Position numbers and translations under genes: made by a program. The notes beneath the pieces are model-generated. The model saw only the letters and a program-made list of their open reading frames with translations, had not been told where the DNA came from and did no database searches. From Mobula hypostoma (lineage: Eukaryota), in assembly GCF_963921235.1 (NCBI RefSeq), contig NC_086109.1:21640001-21704000 (forward strand): a stretch of DNA of 64,000 bases, written 5' to 3'. Below are positions 36,935 to 50,860 of this stretch, one piece after another; the first letter of the stretch is position 1, and every line of letters begins with the position of its first letter.

Positions 36935-37033
36935 TCCTGACGAAGGGTCTCGGCCCAAAACGTCGACTGTACCTCTTCCTAGAGATGCTGCCTGGCCTGC
37001 TGCATTCACCAGCAACTTTGATGTGTGTTGCTT
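36935..37033 (+). mobile_element. Solo hammerhead unit (short form, GAAA mutated to AAAA)
   Basis: tcCTGACGAagggtctcggcccAAAACgtcgactg...gtgtgttgctt; near-identical to 19454-19555. Confidence 0.8.
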
Positions 37034-38291
37034 CAAACCCTTTAGTACTTTCACTCAACTAAAACCTTTCAATTTCAATCTTAAAATCTTCGACTGACCA
37101 CAACATCCATCATCTTTTAGGGGTGGTGCTCCTGATATCTGAAATATTTTGCACAACACTTTTCGTGGAGAAATGCCTACTGATTGTTTTCCTGAAAGGA
37201 CTCACTCTAATTTTCTGATTATCTCCCTTGTTTTTGATCCTGTTGCTGAAAGAAAGAGTTTATGTCAATGCTATAGAATGTTTTTTAACATTGTTAATAC
37301 CTTGATTAGGTCTCCCCTCAATCTTCCATGCTCAGGGGAAGGTAATGAAAGTTTATACAACTCTTCAACTACAATTCTGAGACTCTCCTGCCCTTGGGCA
37401 AATTTGACATGCACTGTTTCACTCTGAATTTGCCAGTTCTAACAATCTAAGGCTATAGTATCATAAGGACTATGCTTAGTTTATAATTAGACTTGAATTG
37501 TTGTCAGCCTGTTACTGGCTTCACTTGCTTCAGAATGTCATTGTAATAGGAGCCACTTTTTGAAGTCACCTTCAGTCTGAGTAATTACTTCAACCCTTTT
37601 TGCACAATATTTTAGAAATCCAGGCTAGAAGAGAAACTCTAATTATTGAAATTCATTACAACATTGGACAGATGGCATGTTCTTTTCCTGGTGGTACATT
37701 ATTTAAGTTCTTTATCTCCAGCATCAATTAGTTAGGGTCATATTAGGTAGAATTAATCAACAGAGTCAAAGGATTTATAGATTGATTGCTGTCTGATTAT
37801 TAAGATGTGCGTGTAGAGCTAACTCTTGTTTAATCATGTGAGGTCATTGTCAGAGCTTTAGTCTCCGACTCCCACCACTCTTTTTTTCTCATTCTCTCTC
37901 TGTCCTTCAGCATCTCAATTACTGAAACCCAGGTTAGACAAACGATCTGGAGAATTCATGCTATACCTTCATGTTTCGCTGCCCTTGAAAATGCAACAGG
38001 CTTAGGAGAAAGTTGAGACTAGCTTTTAAAACTTCGTCTTCTTGGATAGTCTCTCAAGATTGAGGATAATTTGCTTCCACTCCAGGTTTGTGATTCTCAT
38101 TAACCACTTCAGAACCCGTATTATGTGTATGACAATGTGCTTGAATATGATTGTTCATAAAGCCTACTTCTCTGCCGTAAGACCCAATAACTCAATGAAG
38201 AACCAGCTATGTACCTCTCAATCCTGCCCCATCATTTGCTGAGCTCACAACCTCAGTTTTTTTATTTCCCATCACTCCTAATTATTGCATT

Positions 38292-40290
38292 ATCAGAATC
38301 GGAATCAGGTTTAACATCACCGCAAATGTCGGGTAGTTCGTTAATTTTACGGCAGCAGTACAACGAAATGCATAAATATAAAGAAGAAAGACTGAGTTAC
38401 GTTAAGTATATTTATATCTATTAAATACTTAAATAAGAAGTGCAAAAAAAAGCAGAAATAAAGAACTGGTTAGGTAATGTTCATGGGTTCAATGTCCATT
38501 TAGGAATTGGATGGCAGAGGGGAAGAAGCTGTTCCTAAATTACTGAGTGTGTGCCTTCAGGCTTCTGTACCTCCTTCTCAGTGGTAACAATGTGAAGGGA
38601 GCATGCCCTGGGTGATGGGGGTCCTTAATGATGGATGCTGCCTTCCTCAAGTACCACTCCTTGAAGGTGTCTTAGATAGTGCAGAGGCTAGTACCCATGA
38701 TAGAGCTGTCTAATTTTACTAGCTTCTGAAACTTACTTTGATCTTGTCCAGTAGCTCCACATACCAGATGGTGATGCAGCCAGTCAGAATGCTCTCCGTG
38801 GTAGATTTGTGGAAGTTTTTGGGTGTTTTAGTTGACAAAACAAATACAGTATCCTCAAACTTCTAATGAAATACAGCCACTGTCCTACCTTCCTTATTCC
38901 TTCATCAATATTTCACATCCAGATTAGGTCCTCAGAGATATTGACACCCAGGAGTTTAAAATTGTTCACTCTCTCTACTTCTGATCCCTCTATGAGGATT
39001 GGTTTGTACTCTCTCATCTTATCCTTCCTGAGGTGCGCAATCAGCCCTTTGGTCTTGCTGACATTGAGTGCAAGGTTGTTGCCGTGGTACCACTCAACTA
39101 TGTGGTATATCTCGCTCCTGCACCCCCTTTCGTCACTCTCTAAAGTTCTACCAACAATGGTTGTATCATCAGCAAATTTATAGATGACATTTGAGCTATG
39201 CCTAGCCACACAGTCATGGGTGTGGAGAAAGTAGATCGGTGGGTAAGCACTCACCAGTGCTGGTTGTCAGCAAGGTGGAAATGTTATTTCCAATCTGCAC
39301 AGATTGTGGTCTTCTAGTTAGCAAGTCAAAGATCCAGTTGCAGATGGAGGTACAGAGGTACAAAGCTAGGTTCTGTAGCTTTTCAGTCAGTATTGCAGGA
39401 ATGATGGTGTTAGATGTTGTGCTTTAATCAATAAACAGCATCCTGACATTGCCCAGGTGATGCAAGGAGAGCCATTGAAATCGCATCTGCTGTAGACCTA
39501 TTGTGGCGATAGGCAAATTGCGCTGGGTCCAGGTCCTTGCTGAGACAAGTGTTGATTCTAGCCATGACCAACCTCTCAAAGTATTTAATCACCGTAGATG
39601 TGAGTGCTACTGGATGATAGACATTCAGGCTCTTCAAGCTGCTCTTCTTGGACACTGATATAATTGTTACCCTTTTGAAGCAGGTGGGAACTTCCGACTG
39701 TAGCAGTGAGAGACCGAAAATGTTTTTGAAAACCCCTGCCTGTTGGTTGGGACAGGTTTGCAAGGCCCTACCAGGTATTCCATTGGGCCTTGCCACCTGG
39801 CAAGAGCTCACCCTCTTGAAAGACCGCCTGACATCGACCTCCAAGACAGAGATCACAGAGTCATTGGATGCAGCAGGGATCCTCGTAGCTGTGGTTTTAT
39901 TCTCCCTTTCAAAGCCAGCATAAAAGGCATTGAGATCATCTGGTAGTGAAGCATCACTGACATTCATGATGCTGGGTTTTGCTTTGTAGGATGTAATGTC
40001 CTGCCAGCCCTGCCAGAGTTGATGTGCATCCGATGTTGCTTCTATCCTCTCCCAGAATTGTTTCTTTGGGAATGTACAGTAAGTTTTCTTAGGCACACAC
40101 TCATCCACACAGGTTTTAATGACGTCAGTGACAACTGTGGCATACTCATCTCGGCTCAAAGAAGACTCCCTGAACTCAGTCCAGTCTACCAATCCAGAAC
40201 AGTCCTGTAAGTGCTCCTGTGCCTCCCTGGTCCATACCTTATTACTGCTGGTGGTGCTGCAGTCTTCAGTCTCTGCCTTACTCAGGGAAT
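38292..40290 (-). mobile_element. Rex1/Babar LINE with (ATTCTG)n tail
   Basis: ORF 39428-40390 (YHPVALTSTVIKYFERLV, DPAQFAYRHNRSTADAI); KFADDTTIVG. Confidence 0.88.
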
Positions 40291-40440
40291 AGAAGTACAG
40301 CCAGGAGATGAGACTTACCAAAGTGCAGGTGTGGGATAGCTCTGTAGGCACTCTTGAACTTAGAGCCACAATGATCCAGTGGTACTCCACTAGTCACAGG
40401 CCTCCAGTCATAGAGACAATTGACTACTACCACTCTCTGT

Positions 40441-41135
40441 ATGGGGTGTCAGGGAGGGGTAGCACCTCTGGTGGGGGAACATGTCGCGTCCTTTTCAAGG
40501 TGGTTAGTCCACCTTTGGTCCCCACCTGGCACTCAGCTCTCACCTGTGGCTCCCCGTAGCTGTTTGCATGCGACAGCGGCCACACCCCGGGCAACGGCTT
40601 CGACAAGCCGGCTAAACCAGGTGAGGGTAGCCGACGGGTCTCAAACCCTCGGTGAGATCGGGAGTTGTCTATCTCAGCATGTGAAGACAGACTCCGGCAG
40701 ACTGAGCGGACGAGACCAATGGAAGGTCCAACGGTCAAGAAGGCGGTCTCTGCAAGCGTCATGGAACGTGTAAAGCACGACAAGACATAGAAGACGTCCT
40801 GGTCATCCACTGCACCTAGTTCCATCTCCAGCCGTCTCTACTCTTGTCTTGCCACTGGATCCAGATGGGAATTGGGAAGAGAGAGTGAGGCTGACGCTGC
40901 GTAACTCTCCCTCACTTAAATCGAAATCAAGCGCTAGTCTCAACACCATCATAAAAGCTGGCTGGTGGCACAGCGGCATCAGATTTGGACTTCAGGGCGA
41001 GAGGTCCTGAGTTCGGATCCGGCCGGCTCCCTTGCACGCTTTCCATCCATGCTGGGTTGAGTGTCGAGCTAGCAACCTGACCTCGTAAAAAGTACTAATG
41101 GTGTCGAGGTCTTCATCGATGACGATGGATGAACC
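40441..41135 (+). mobile_element. GC-rich non-coding retroelement (RTE-UTR-like) containing a short tRNA-derived SINE at 40958-41091
   Basis: caacaccatcataa|atggtgtcgag hairpin split by tggcacagcgg...gagttcggatcc...cgtaaaaa; the same SINE occurs on the minus strand at 60240-60373. Confidence 0.5.
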
Positions 41136-41419
41136 TCTTCTGGTCTACAGGTGTTTTGTTGATAATACTCATTTAGTGATTTTATCAAGCTGGCCTGGTT
41201 AAAGTCTAAATAATCTATAAGGATTTCTCCCTCATTCCTGAATACATTTCATGACTTGGTTTCTACAGCTTCAAGAAGTCATAACCCTTGAGATAAGAAA
41301 CTTTTTCTCATTCACAGCCAATGGCTTATACAAGGACAAAGCCTCTGATTCTAGATTCCCCCACTGAGTCATGAAATATATTCAGGACTGAGATAGAAAC
41401 ACTTAAAGATAATGGAATT

Positions 41420-43650
41420 ATATAGAGTCATGGAAATATATGACTCAGAAACAGGTCCTTCAGCCCATCTAGTCCATGACAAACCATTTAATCTGCCTAG
41501 TCCCATTGGCCTACACCCAGACTATAGCCCTCCACAGCCCTCCCATCTATGTACCTATCCAAACTTCTCTGAAATGTTGAAATTAAGCTGTTATGCACCA
41601 ATTGCACTGGCAGCTCATTCCACACTCTCACAACCCTCTGAGTGAGGAAGTTTCCCCTCATGTTCCCCTTAAACTTTTCACCTTTCCGTCTTAAGCTATG
41701 ACCTCTAGTCGTAGTCCCATCCAACCTCAGTGCAAAAAGCCTGTTTGTATTTACTCTATCTATACCCCTCATAATTTTGTATACCTTGATCAAATCTTCC
41801 CCTCAATCTTCTATGTTCCAAGGAATAAAATCCTAACATATTCTATCTTTCCTTATAACTCAGATCCTTCAGTCCTGGCAACATCCTTGTAAATTTTCTC
41901 TGTGGTCTTTCAACCTTATTTACATCTTTCCTTTAGTCAGGTGGCCAAAACTGCACACAATACTCCAAATGAAGCCTCACCAATATCTTATGCAACTCTG
42001 ACATAGCATCCCATTTCCTGTACACAGTACTTTGGATTATGAAGGCCAATGTGCCAAAAGCTTTCTTTACGAACCTACCAATGAATAATGGACCTGTATT
42101 CCCAGATCCCTTTGTTCTATCACACTCCTCAGTGCCTTACCATTCACTGTGTAAGACCTACCCTATTGGTGCTATCGAAGTGCAACACCTTACACTTGTC
42201 TGCACTAAATTCCATCCGACATTTTTCAGCCCATTTTCCATCTGGTCCAGTTCTCACTGCAAGCTCTGATAGACTTCCTAACTGTCCATTAGGCCCCCTA
42301 TCTTGGTGTCATCTGCAAATTTGCTGATACAGTTAACCACATTAACACCCAGATTGTTGATATAGATGGCAAACAACAATGGACCAGCACCGATCCCTGT
42401 AGTACTCCACTAGTACTACCACTCTCTGGGTCCTCCCTCAAAGCCAATGCCCAATCCAATTTACTACCTCAACTTGAATGCCAATAACTGAGCCTTCCTG
42501 ACCAACCTCCCATGCGGGACCTTATCAAATGCTTTGAGAAAAATCCATGTAGACAATATCCACTGCCTTGCCTTCAACAATTTTCCTGGTAACTTCCTGG
42601 AAAAACTCTGTAAGATTGGTTAGACATGACCTATCACGCACAAAGCCATGCTGACTATCCCTAATCAGTCCATGTCTACCCAAATACTCTTATATCTGGT
42701 CCCTTTGAATACCTTCCAATAACTTTCCCATTACTAATGCCAGGCTCACCAGCTTCTAATTTACTGGTTTATTTTTAGAGCCTTTCTTAAACAGCGGAAG
42801 AACATTAGCTATCCTCCAATCCTCCGGTACCTCACCTGGTGCTGAGGATGATTTAATTATCTCTCCTGGGGCCCATGAAATTCCTGCACTGCCTCCCACA
42901 GGGTCTGAGGGAACTCCTTGTCAGGCCCTGGGAATTTATCCACCCTAATTTGCCTCAATTTGCCTCCTCATCTCTAATCTGTATCGGGTCCCTGACCTCA
43001 CTGCTGCTTTGCCTCACTTCTATAGACTCTGTGTCTGTCTCCTGAGTAAATACAGATGCAAAAAATCCGTTTAAGATCTCCCCCATCTTTTTTGGCTACA
43101 CACATAAATTACATTCTGATCTTCCTGAGGACTAATTTTGTCCCTCAATCCTTTTACTCTTAACATATCTGTAGAACCCCTTAGGATTCTCCTTCACCTT
43201 GTCTACTAGGGCACCGTCATGCCTTCTTTTAGCACTCCAGATTTCTTCCTGAAGTGTTTGCTTACATTTTGCTGACTGAACACTGCTGGGAGGTTTTCCC
43301 TAACTAGTAACGCCAACCTACTCCTCTTAATCCCTCCCACTCTGTCGCCTCTAAACAAGCAGAGCCCCGGAATATTGAGTTGCCCCTCCTGTCCCTCTTG
43401 TACCCAAGTCTCACCAATGGCTACAATATCATAATTCCTTGTGTTGACCCACGTCCTAAGCTCATCTGCCTTTCCAACAATACTTCTTGCATTGAAATAT
43501 ACGCAGCCCAGAACATTTGTTGCACAATGCTCAACCTTTTGAATTCTGATTTTATCTGAAGTTTTAATAACATCTGTCTCCACAACCTCTGTTCTGGCAC
43601 TTTGGTTCCCAGCGCCTTGCAGCTCTAGTTTAACCACACCCCCACCCCAG
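41420..43650 (-). mobile_element. CR1 LINE with internal deletions (APE N-terminus to 3' UTR)
   Basis: CVYFNARSIVGKADELR...DIVAIGETW; degraded RT; TRGHSLRRKGEKFKGNMRGNFLTQRVV. Confidence 0.85.
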
Positions 43651-44189
43651 TGGGGAACAATCTGAGGCATGAGCTTATGAAATGATGGAGCAGGTTGAGC
43701 AGTATTTGACTGATTCCACATTGAGACGTTGAGTCTTGCTGCAGAGAAACTGGCCTTACGTCCACGTTAAGGGAGAAATATCCTCACAATATTTACTATC
43801 ACACCGATATTGTTGTAATAAGATCACTTCTTGATCTTCTAAACCTGCAATAGGTCAAATCAACTTAATCTTTCCTTATAGGAAAATGCATTGGCCGAGC
43901 AAACTTGCCTCCAATGCACGTACCGTATATCCCTCCTTAGAGAAGAGGATCAAAATTGCATATAGCACTGTTCTACTTCTAAACTCCATACAAGACTAGC
44001 TCAGCATTTGTTTTCCTAATTACTTTTTATACCTGCTTGCAAATTTTTTGTGTTTCATGTACAAGGTCGCCCAGATCACTTTTTATACTCAGTAGCATTA
44101 ATTAGTCTTGTTCAGTTTCAATAATATTCTGCTTTTCTATCTGTCAGCTCTTACCCCATAGCCATTTTTTCTTTCTTTATTTTATGTTA

Positions 44190-44480
44190 TTTAGAAATCA
44201 AAGGGGAATAGGCCCTTCCAGCCCTTCAAGCTACACGGCCCTGCAACCCTCGACAACCCAATTTAACCCTAACCTAATCACGGGACAATTTACAATGACC
44301 AATTAACCTACCTGGTATGTCTTTGAACTGCGGAGAAAACCACCCCCAGACCCTGGAGAAAACCCACACATTCTGCAGGGGGGACAGTCAGAGACTCCCT
44401 GCAGGGATGCCGGGACTGAGCTCCAAATTCTGACGCCCTGAGCTGCAATATTGTCAGGCTAACTGCTAGGTTACCTTGGC
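44190..44480 (-). mobile_element. V-domain SINE
   Basis: ggttaattggtcattgtaaattgtccc shared with 45010-45260 and 60425-60680. Confidence 0.65.
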
Positions 44481-45009
44481 TCCCTCCGATACCTAACCAA
44501 TTCCCCTTTGCTTCCATCATCCTTTCACCAAGGAATTCTAAAATATGACTCTGCAACCTCTGCCAGATGGTGTTCTGGATGAATTTGTATCAATGCTGAA
44601 CCTTGAGGGATAGCATGAGGTTTTGATAGCACAGAAGCAGGAGTCTGTACTCTATAGAACAGAGAACAGCACGGGAGCAGGGCTTGCAACTGAGCTTATC
44701 TGTGCTGAGCATGATGCCGAATTAATGTAGGATCTTGAGACTGCACATTATCCATATAATATCCTCCACGACCTGGATCAATACGTTGAAATCGTGTGGA
44801 GGCTTGCGTGCTTCAAAGACTCGATCGGGCAATGGCAACTCAGGGTCACCCATGTTGGAACAGCTGTGGATGAAATTCCAGATAAAGATTGGTTCAACCC
44901 CGGATCAAAAAACAGACAGACTCACACCTGTCCCTCCTGGGCCACGCTTCATCTTGACAGAAGTGTGAAGAGAAAAACACCTGCCATACGAAACAACATC
45001 CATACCATG

Positions 45010-45260
45010 GGGCGGCAACAGTAGAGTCGTGTGCAACACTTTACAGCACCAGCGACCCAAGTTCAAATCCTGCCGCTGCCTGTAAGGACTTTGTACGTTC
45101 TCCCCGTGACCACGTGGGTTTCCTCCCACAGTCCAGTTGGTAAGTTAATTGGTCATTGTAAATTGTCCTGTGATTAGGCCAGGTTTAAATCGGGGGTTGC
45201 TGGGCAATGTGGTGTGAAGGACCAGAGGGGCCTATTTCATGCTGTATCCCAATAATGAAA
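45010..45260 (+). mobile_element. V-domain (HE1-like) SINE
   Basis: ggcaacagtag...gttcaaatcc head; tttgtacgttctccccgtgaccacgtgggtttcctcccac. Confidence 0.7.
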
Positions 45261-47084
45261 AATATCCCTCAATTCCCAGCCTATTCATGTACCTCTTGAA
45301 TATGACTATTGTACCAACTTCCACCACCAGACCTGGCAGCCTGTTGCACATGCCTACCATTCTCTGTGTAAAAAGCTTGCCCTCACATCCCCTTTAAATG
45401 TACCCCTCTCATCTTAAACTTATGACCTCTGGTATTCAGCATTTCTTCCCTGGGAAAAAAATTCTGGCTGTCTGCCCGATCTAATATTATAAGCTTCTAT
45501 CAGACCTCCCCTCAGCTAGTGTCAATTCAACACACGCTATTAATTTTTGGATAATTAGAAAACTTGAGATTCTTTCAAGGCAATAAATAAGACTAGATGA
45601 AGTTCAGCTTCAGTATGATGGCACAGATAATTAGAATGAAACAATTTTAGAATGAGCCCGTTTGTCAGGAGCCAGGAGACTCCCAGCCATGTTGCTAATT
45701 GGATGAAGTTGAATTCAGTTCACAGTCTCTAAATGAGACTTGGACATCGAGCTGATAATGAGACAGACAGGACGAAGAGAGTTCTTTTTGTTTTCATGGT
45801 CATTCTGCTGACTTGAAGTGATAATTAGGAGAGAACACGCCAGTTTTGCATCAATCAGAATCAATTCTCTCTATTTCTCTATATGTCCTCTATATGTTGC
45901 AACACAACAGTCTTAACATTTTTTGATTAAATGTTACTCCAAGGCCCTTTCACTAGGTATGGTAGGATTGCGGTTAGGTTTCTGGGCTATTGATCGGAAG
46001 ACATGAGATCAAGTCCCTCTTCAGATGCTGGGGAATTTAAATTTAAATTCTGGAATTAAAAGGCTTCTGTCAGTAATGGTGACCATGGAATTAAGAGTTT
46101 ATCATAACATCTGGTTCACAAGTAACCTTCAAGCAGGGAAAACAGCTGCTCTTACCTGGCCAAGTTTATCTGTAACCTCCAGCCTCACAATAATGTGAAT
46201 GGTTCTCAACTGTTCTTTGGGCAGAGATCAAATTAGAAATGAACAATTTGATGCTCATCTTACACATTACATGAAAGTTTTTTCAAAGTCTTCTCTCTCA
46301 AAAGGATCATATGGTGGATTCTGAAGAAATGCAAATGAGTTATCCCAGGTATCATAAACATTACATATCCCTTTCGAAAATCATATAAAAATTAACTGAT
46401 TATTATCACCTTGCATTTTATGAGTTGTCCTGCAAGCAATTGACAATACTTTATTATAGATTGGGCTCCAATGGGAATTTCAAGGAGTAGAAGTTGCTTT
46501 AACATGTGATGGTAATGTATATAATTTACGTAGAAGTATCTGTAATTGGATGTGTGCAGTTGACAGCTATTCTCCTTCAAGCCAACAGGGGTCATGGTGT
46601 CTTTGGGTTTCACAGAATCAAAGACTTCTTGGGATACAGAGCACAGAAAAACGCTCTTTGGTCTAAATTGTCCATGCTGACTAAGTTGTCAAATTGAGCT
46701 AATCTCATTTGCTTGTGGTTGGCCTGTATCCCTCTAAGCCCATGTAATAGTCCAAATGCATTTTAAACGTTAATAACTGTACCTACCCCAACCAATTCCT
46801 CTGGCAGGTTGTCCCACATGCTATGAGAAAAAGTTGCCCCTCAGGTCCCTTTTAGATCTTCCCCTTCTCAGTCATAGCCCATGTTGTCTAGTTTTGGACT
46901 CCCCTACAATGGGGAGAAGATTTTGGCTATTTCCTTATGCTGTCTTATCTTGTACCTTGCCTATGCCATTAAGTTGTGTTACTGCGTTGAACCTTGGTAG
47001 ATATCACTTTGGTTGATATGTGTAGGAACTGTGTTTGCAGATATGTGCACTCAGCTGGGTTGAACAAAATAAATACACTTAGAC

Positions 47085-48885
47085 GTAGAGCTCTAGAACA
47101 CAGGCTCTTCGACTCATGTACTTCATCCAAAACTATTATTCTGCCAAGTCCCATTGAACTGAACCTGGATCATAGCTCTCCATAATCCTTCTCATCCAAG
47201 TACTTTTTCTCAATGCTGAAATCAAACCCACATTAACCACTCCTACAGGCAGCTCATTTCACACTCTTCAACTTCTGAATGAAGAAGATCTTCTTCATGT
47301 TCCCCTTAAACATTTCACCTTTTTACCCTTAACCTATGAACTCTACTTCTAGTCTCATCCGACCTAAATAGAAAAAAAGCCTGCTTGCACTTGCTCTATT
47401 TATACTCTTCATGGAGTGGTGGGATGGAGTTATGTCTCTACCAAAGGAGGTGTAAGGCGCTCGTTCCTTCCACTAGCCTGCAGGTCGCCCTTGGGCAAGG
47501 TGTAGAGCCCGCTTAGCGCCCCCCCCCCCGGATCAGGGTCACGTGAAGACATGGCAGCAGGTGGTGGGTGGTGGTTTGAGCAGCTGTTGCACATTCCAAG
47601 TCCTGGTTATGTGAGACCACTGACACCAGGCAGACAATCTCTGAAGAGTATTGATAATGGTTGGGGTCACCCATCTTGTAAAGACACCGCCAGAGGAAGG
47701 CGATGGCAAACCACTTCTGTAGGATAATTTGCCAAAACAATTATAGTCATAGTCATAGTCATACTTTATTAATACTGAGGAAAATTGGTTTTCGTTACAG
47801 TTGCTCCATAAATAATAAATAGTAATAGAACCATAAATAGTTAAATAGTAATATGTAATTATGCCAGTAAATTATGAAATAAGTCCAGGACCAGCCTATT
47901 GGCTCAGGGTGTCTGACCCTCCAAGGGAGGAGTTGTAAAGTTTGATGGCCACAGGCAGGAATGACTTCCTATGACGCTCTCTGTTGCATCTCGGTGGAAT
48001 GAGTCTCTGGCTGAATGTACTCCTGTGCCCACCCAGTACATTATGTAGTGGATGGGAGACATCGACCAAGATGGCATGCAACTTGGACAGCATCCTCTTT
48101 TCAGACACCACAGTGAGAGAGTCCAGTTCCATCCCCACAACATCACTGGCCTTACGAATGAGTTTGTTGATTCTGTTGGTGTCTGCTACCCTCAGCCTGC
48201 TGCCCCAGCACACAACAACAAACATGATAGCACTGGCCACCACAGACTCGTAGAACATCCTCCGCATCGTCCGGCAGATGTTAAAGGACCTCAGTCTCCT
48301 CAGGAAATAGAGACGGCTCACAGATAGAGGACCGTGATCACCCACACCATATGACAGGGCACATAATGATGATAATGATATTCCCATAAATTTGTATACC
48401 TCCCATTCTACTATGCTCCAGGGAATAATGACCTAACCTATTTAATCTTTCTCTATAACTCAGGTCCTCAAGTCCTAGCAACATCGTTGTAGATTTTCTC
48501 TGCACTTTCTCAATACTATTGATATCTTTCCCGTAGATGGGTGACCAAAACTGCACACAATGCTCCAAATTAGGTCTTGCCAATATACTTTATACTTTAT
48601 ACTTGATTGTCGCCAAACAATTGGACTAGAACGTACAATCATTACAGCAATATTTGATTCTGCGCTTCCCACTCCCTGGATTATAAGTATTAAATATTAA
48701 AAATAATAAAAATAGTAAAAATTAGTAAATATTAAAATTTTAAATTATAGATCGTAAATAGAAAATAGAAAAATGGGAAGTAAGGTAGTGCAAAAAAACC
48801 GAGCGGCAGGTCCGGATATTTGCAGGGTACAGCCCAGATCTTATACAACCTCAACATAACATCTCATGCCTGTACTCAATACTTC
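47085..48885 (-). mobile_element. CR1 3' fragment carrying a nested RTE-tailed SINE (~47420-48380, plus) and two Rex-like LINE 3' ends (47745-48320, 48586-48840, minus)
   Basis: ARPNLEHCVQFWSP; gatggcaaaccacttctg RTE-type motif and (GAT)n tail; RLYFLRRLRSFNIC with (TGACTA)n tail. Confidence 0.65.
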
Positions 48886-48974
48886 CATCCTTTGAAACCT
48901 CATAAAAGACAAAACTCAGCCTCAGACAGTTTTGCATATTAACATACAACTGATGTCCCAAGGTCATGAAAGCA

Positions 48975-49435
48975 GACTCAGAATCAGAACGAGGGTGGGG
49001 TTTATTTCCACTGGCACGTCATGGAGTGGGTCTTTTTTTGTGGCAGCAGTACAACACAAGACATAAAAATTAGTCTGTGTTACAAGCAATAACTAAATTG
49101 TGCAAAAATGGAATAACGAATACGGGTTCATGCACTGTTCACAGATCTGATCGTGGAAGGGAAGAGGCTGGTCCTAATATGTTAGCTGTTGGTCTTCAGG
49201 CTACTGCACCTCCTCCCAGATGGTAGTGCAAAAAGAAGGCATCTCCTGGGTCTTGAGAGCCCTTAATGATGGATGCTACTTCCATGAGGCACTGCATCTT
49301 GAGTATGTTCTCATGGTGGGAAGGCTTCTGCCTGTGATGGAGCTGACTGAATCTAAACCATCTGTATCCTTTTTCAGTCTTGTACTTTGGAGCCTCCATA
49401 CCAGTTGTGATACAACCATTCAGATGCTTTCCTTA
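48975..49435 (-). mobile_element. Rex1/Babar 3' fragment, degraded
   Basis: ASIIKGSQDPG and LPSGRR-like remnants; attctgagtctg tail. Confidence 0.55.
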
Positions 49436-50324
49436 TAAAAGTGCAGACCTTTTTATCTTTTTTGTCATAATATTATATAAATTAATGCATCTTTATTAGA
49501 AATAGTTCCAACATGTACGCTTATTCTTTGTGCAATCATATTGATCTTATAAATATTGTGCTGTCACACACCACAGGTCTTCTTTTTTGAGTAAGGACAA
49601 GAAGACAGAACCCTGCAAGAATTTGGTGGAATTGAAATGGATGTTATCATTTGCATTGATAGTTATGTGGCTGAACAAATAGGTATCAATTTTGGCTTAG
49701 TGGGTTGCAATCCTCTGCTTTCCTTGTGAATGTCACTTTTATGATTCTAAGTGCCCATGATGGTGCTACAAGTAAATTTTTCAATGTATTCGTGCACCCA
49801 TTTGCTTGTGTATATGACCATAAACTCGTCTTTAACTCTAACTTTAAAACAATCCCTCTCCTGTTCAGAGAGTGCTTTTGAAACTACAACTCACAGTGCC
49901 AATTTCCCATCATATCCTCCTGAGCACAATTTTCCAAATGCCTTGCCTATTTCTTTTCCCACATCATCAGCATAACCATCCTTTAAAAAAAAATATTTCT
50001 ATCATTACTCTTTCAATACTTGTTTTTAATCTCCTCTGAACCTCCCCTGCTCCAGGGTGATCCACCCCCACTTATCTCTCTCTATCTGCAGTCTGAGTCT
50101 AATAAATTGGTATGCACCTTCTCCTTGTGTGTTACCCAGCACTGGACAATACTTTAGTTGATGGATATCAAGTGATTAAAGTCTGGCATTATATTGTTGC
50201 TTTTGTAGTAGTTATAATCCCACATTTTATTCTTCCTCCCAAATTGTATTAGGTAACACTTTTCTTTATTAAATTCACCCGTGTGACCTATCATGCATCT
50301 GTCTATTTCACCAGTTGATGTTAT

Positions 50325-50860
50325 ACATTACAGCACAGTATGGGTCCTTTGGCCCATGATGTTTTGCCAAACTTTCAAACATCTCTAAGATCAATCTGAC
50401 CCTTCCCTCCTGCACTGTCCTCCATTTTCCTATTAGCCAAGTGCCTATCTCAGAGTTTCTTAAATGCCCCTAATGTATCTGCCTCTACCGCCACCCCTGG
50501 CAGGGTATTCCATGCATTCACCATTCTCTTGCAAGCAGTCTTTTTTCCACTGAAGTTGAGTGGGTCTACAACTAGAGGGCACGGGTTAAGGGTGAAAGGT
50601 GAAACATTTAAGGGGAACATGAGAGGAAGCTTTTTCATTCAGAGGGTTGTGAGAGTGTGGAATGAGCTGCCAGTACAAGTGCTGCATGGGAGATCAAGTT
50701 CAATGCTTAAGAGAAGTTTGGATAAGTGCCTGGATGGTAGGGGTATGGAGTTCTATGGTCCTGGTGCAGGTTAATGAGAGTAGGCAGTTTAAATGGCTCA
50801 GCATGGACTGGATGGGCTGAAGGGCCTGTTTTGTGCTGTACTTTTCTATGATTCTACAGT
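50325..50860. mobile_element. Two CR1 3' ends of different subfamilies, back to back
   Basis: Minus 50325-50530 (AWNTLPGVAVEADTLGAFK); plus 50530-50860 (TRGHGLRVKGETFKGNMRGSFF, ttctatgattcta tail). Confidence 0.7.

Noticed and set aside
40441..40565. HDV-like ribozyme at the 5' end of the GC-rich element (gggtgtcagg/cctggcactc helix)
   Set aside because: Could not place P1.1, P4 and the catalytic J4/2 strand; only generic pairing is visible
40958..41030. tRNA gene
   Set aside because: A/B-box-like words are present but there is no clean cloverleaf; it continues into a SINE body that is repeated at 60240-60373
44190..45260. Inverted repeat pair as termini of one composite element
   Set aside because: Explained by two independent V-domain SINEs in opposite orientation; no shared TSD
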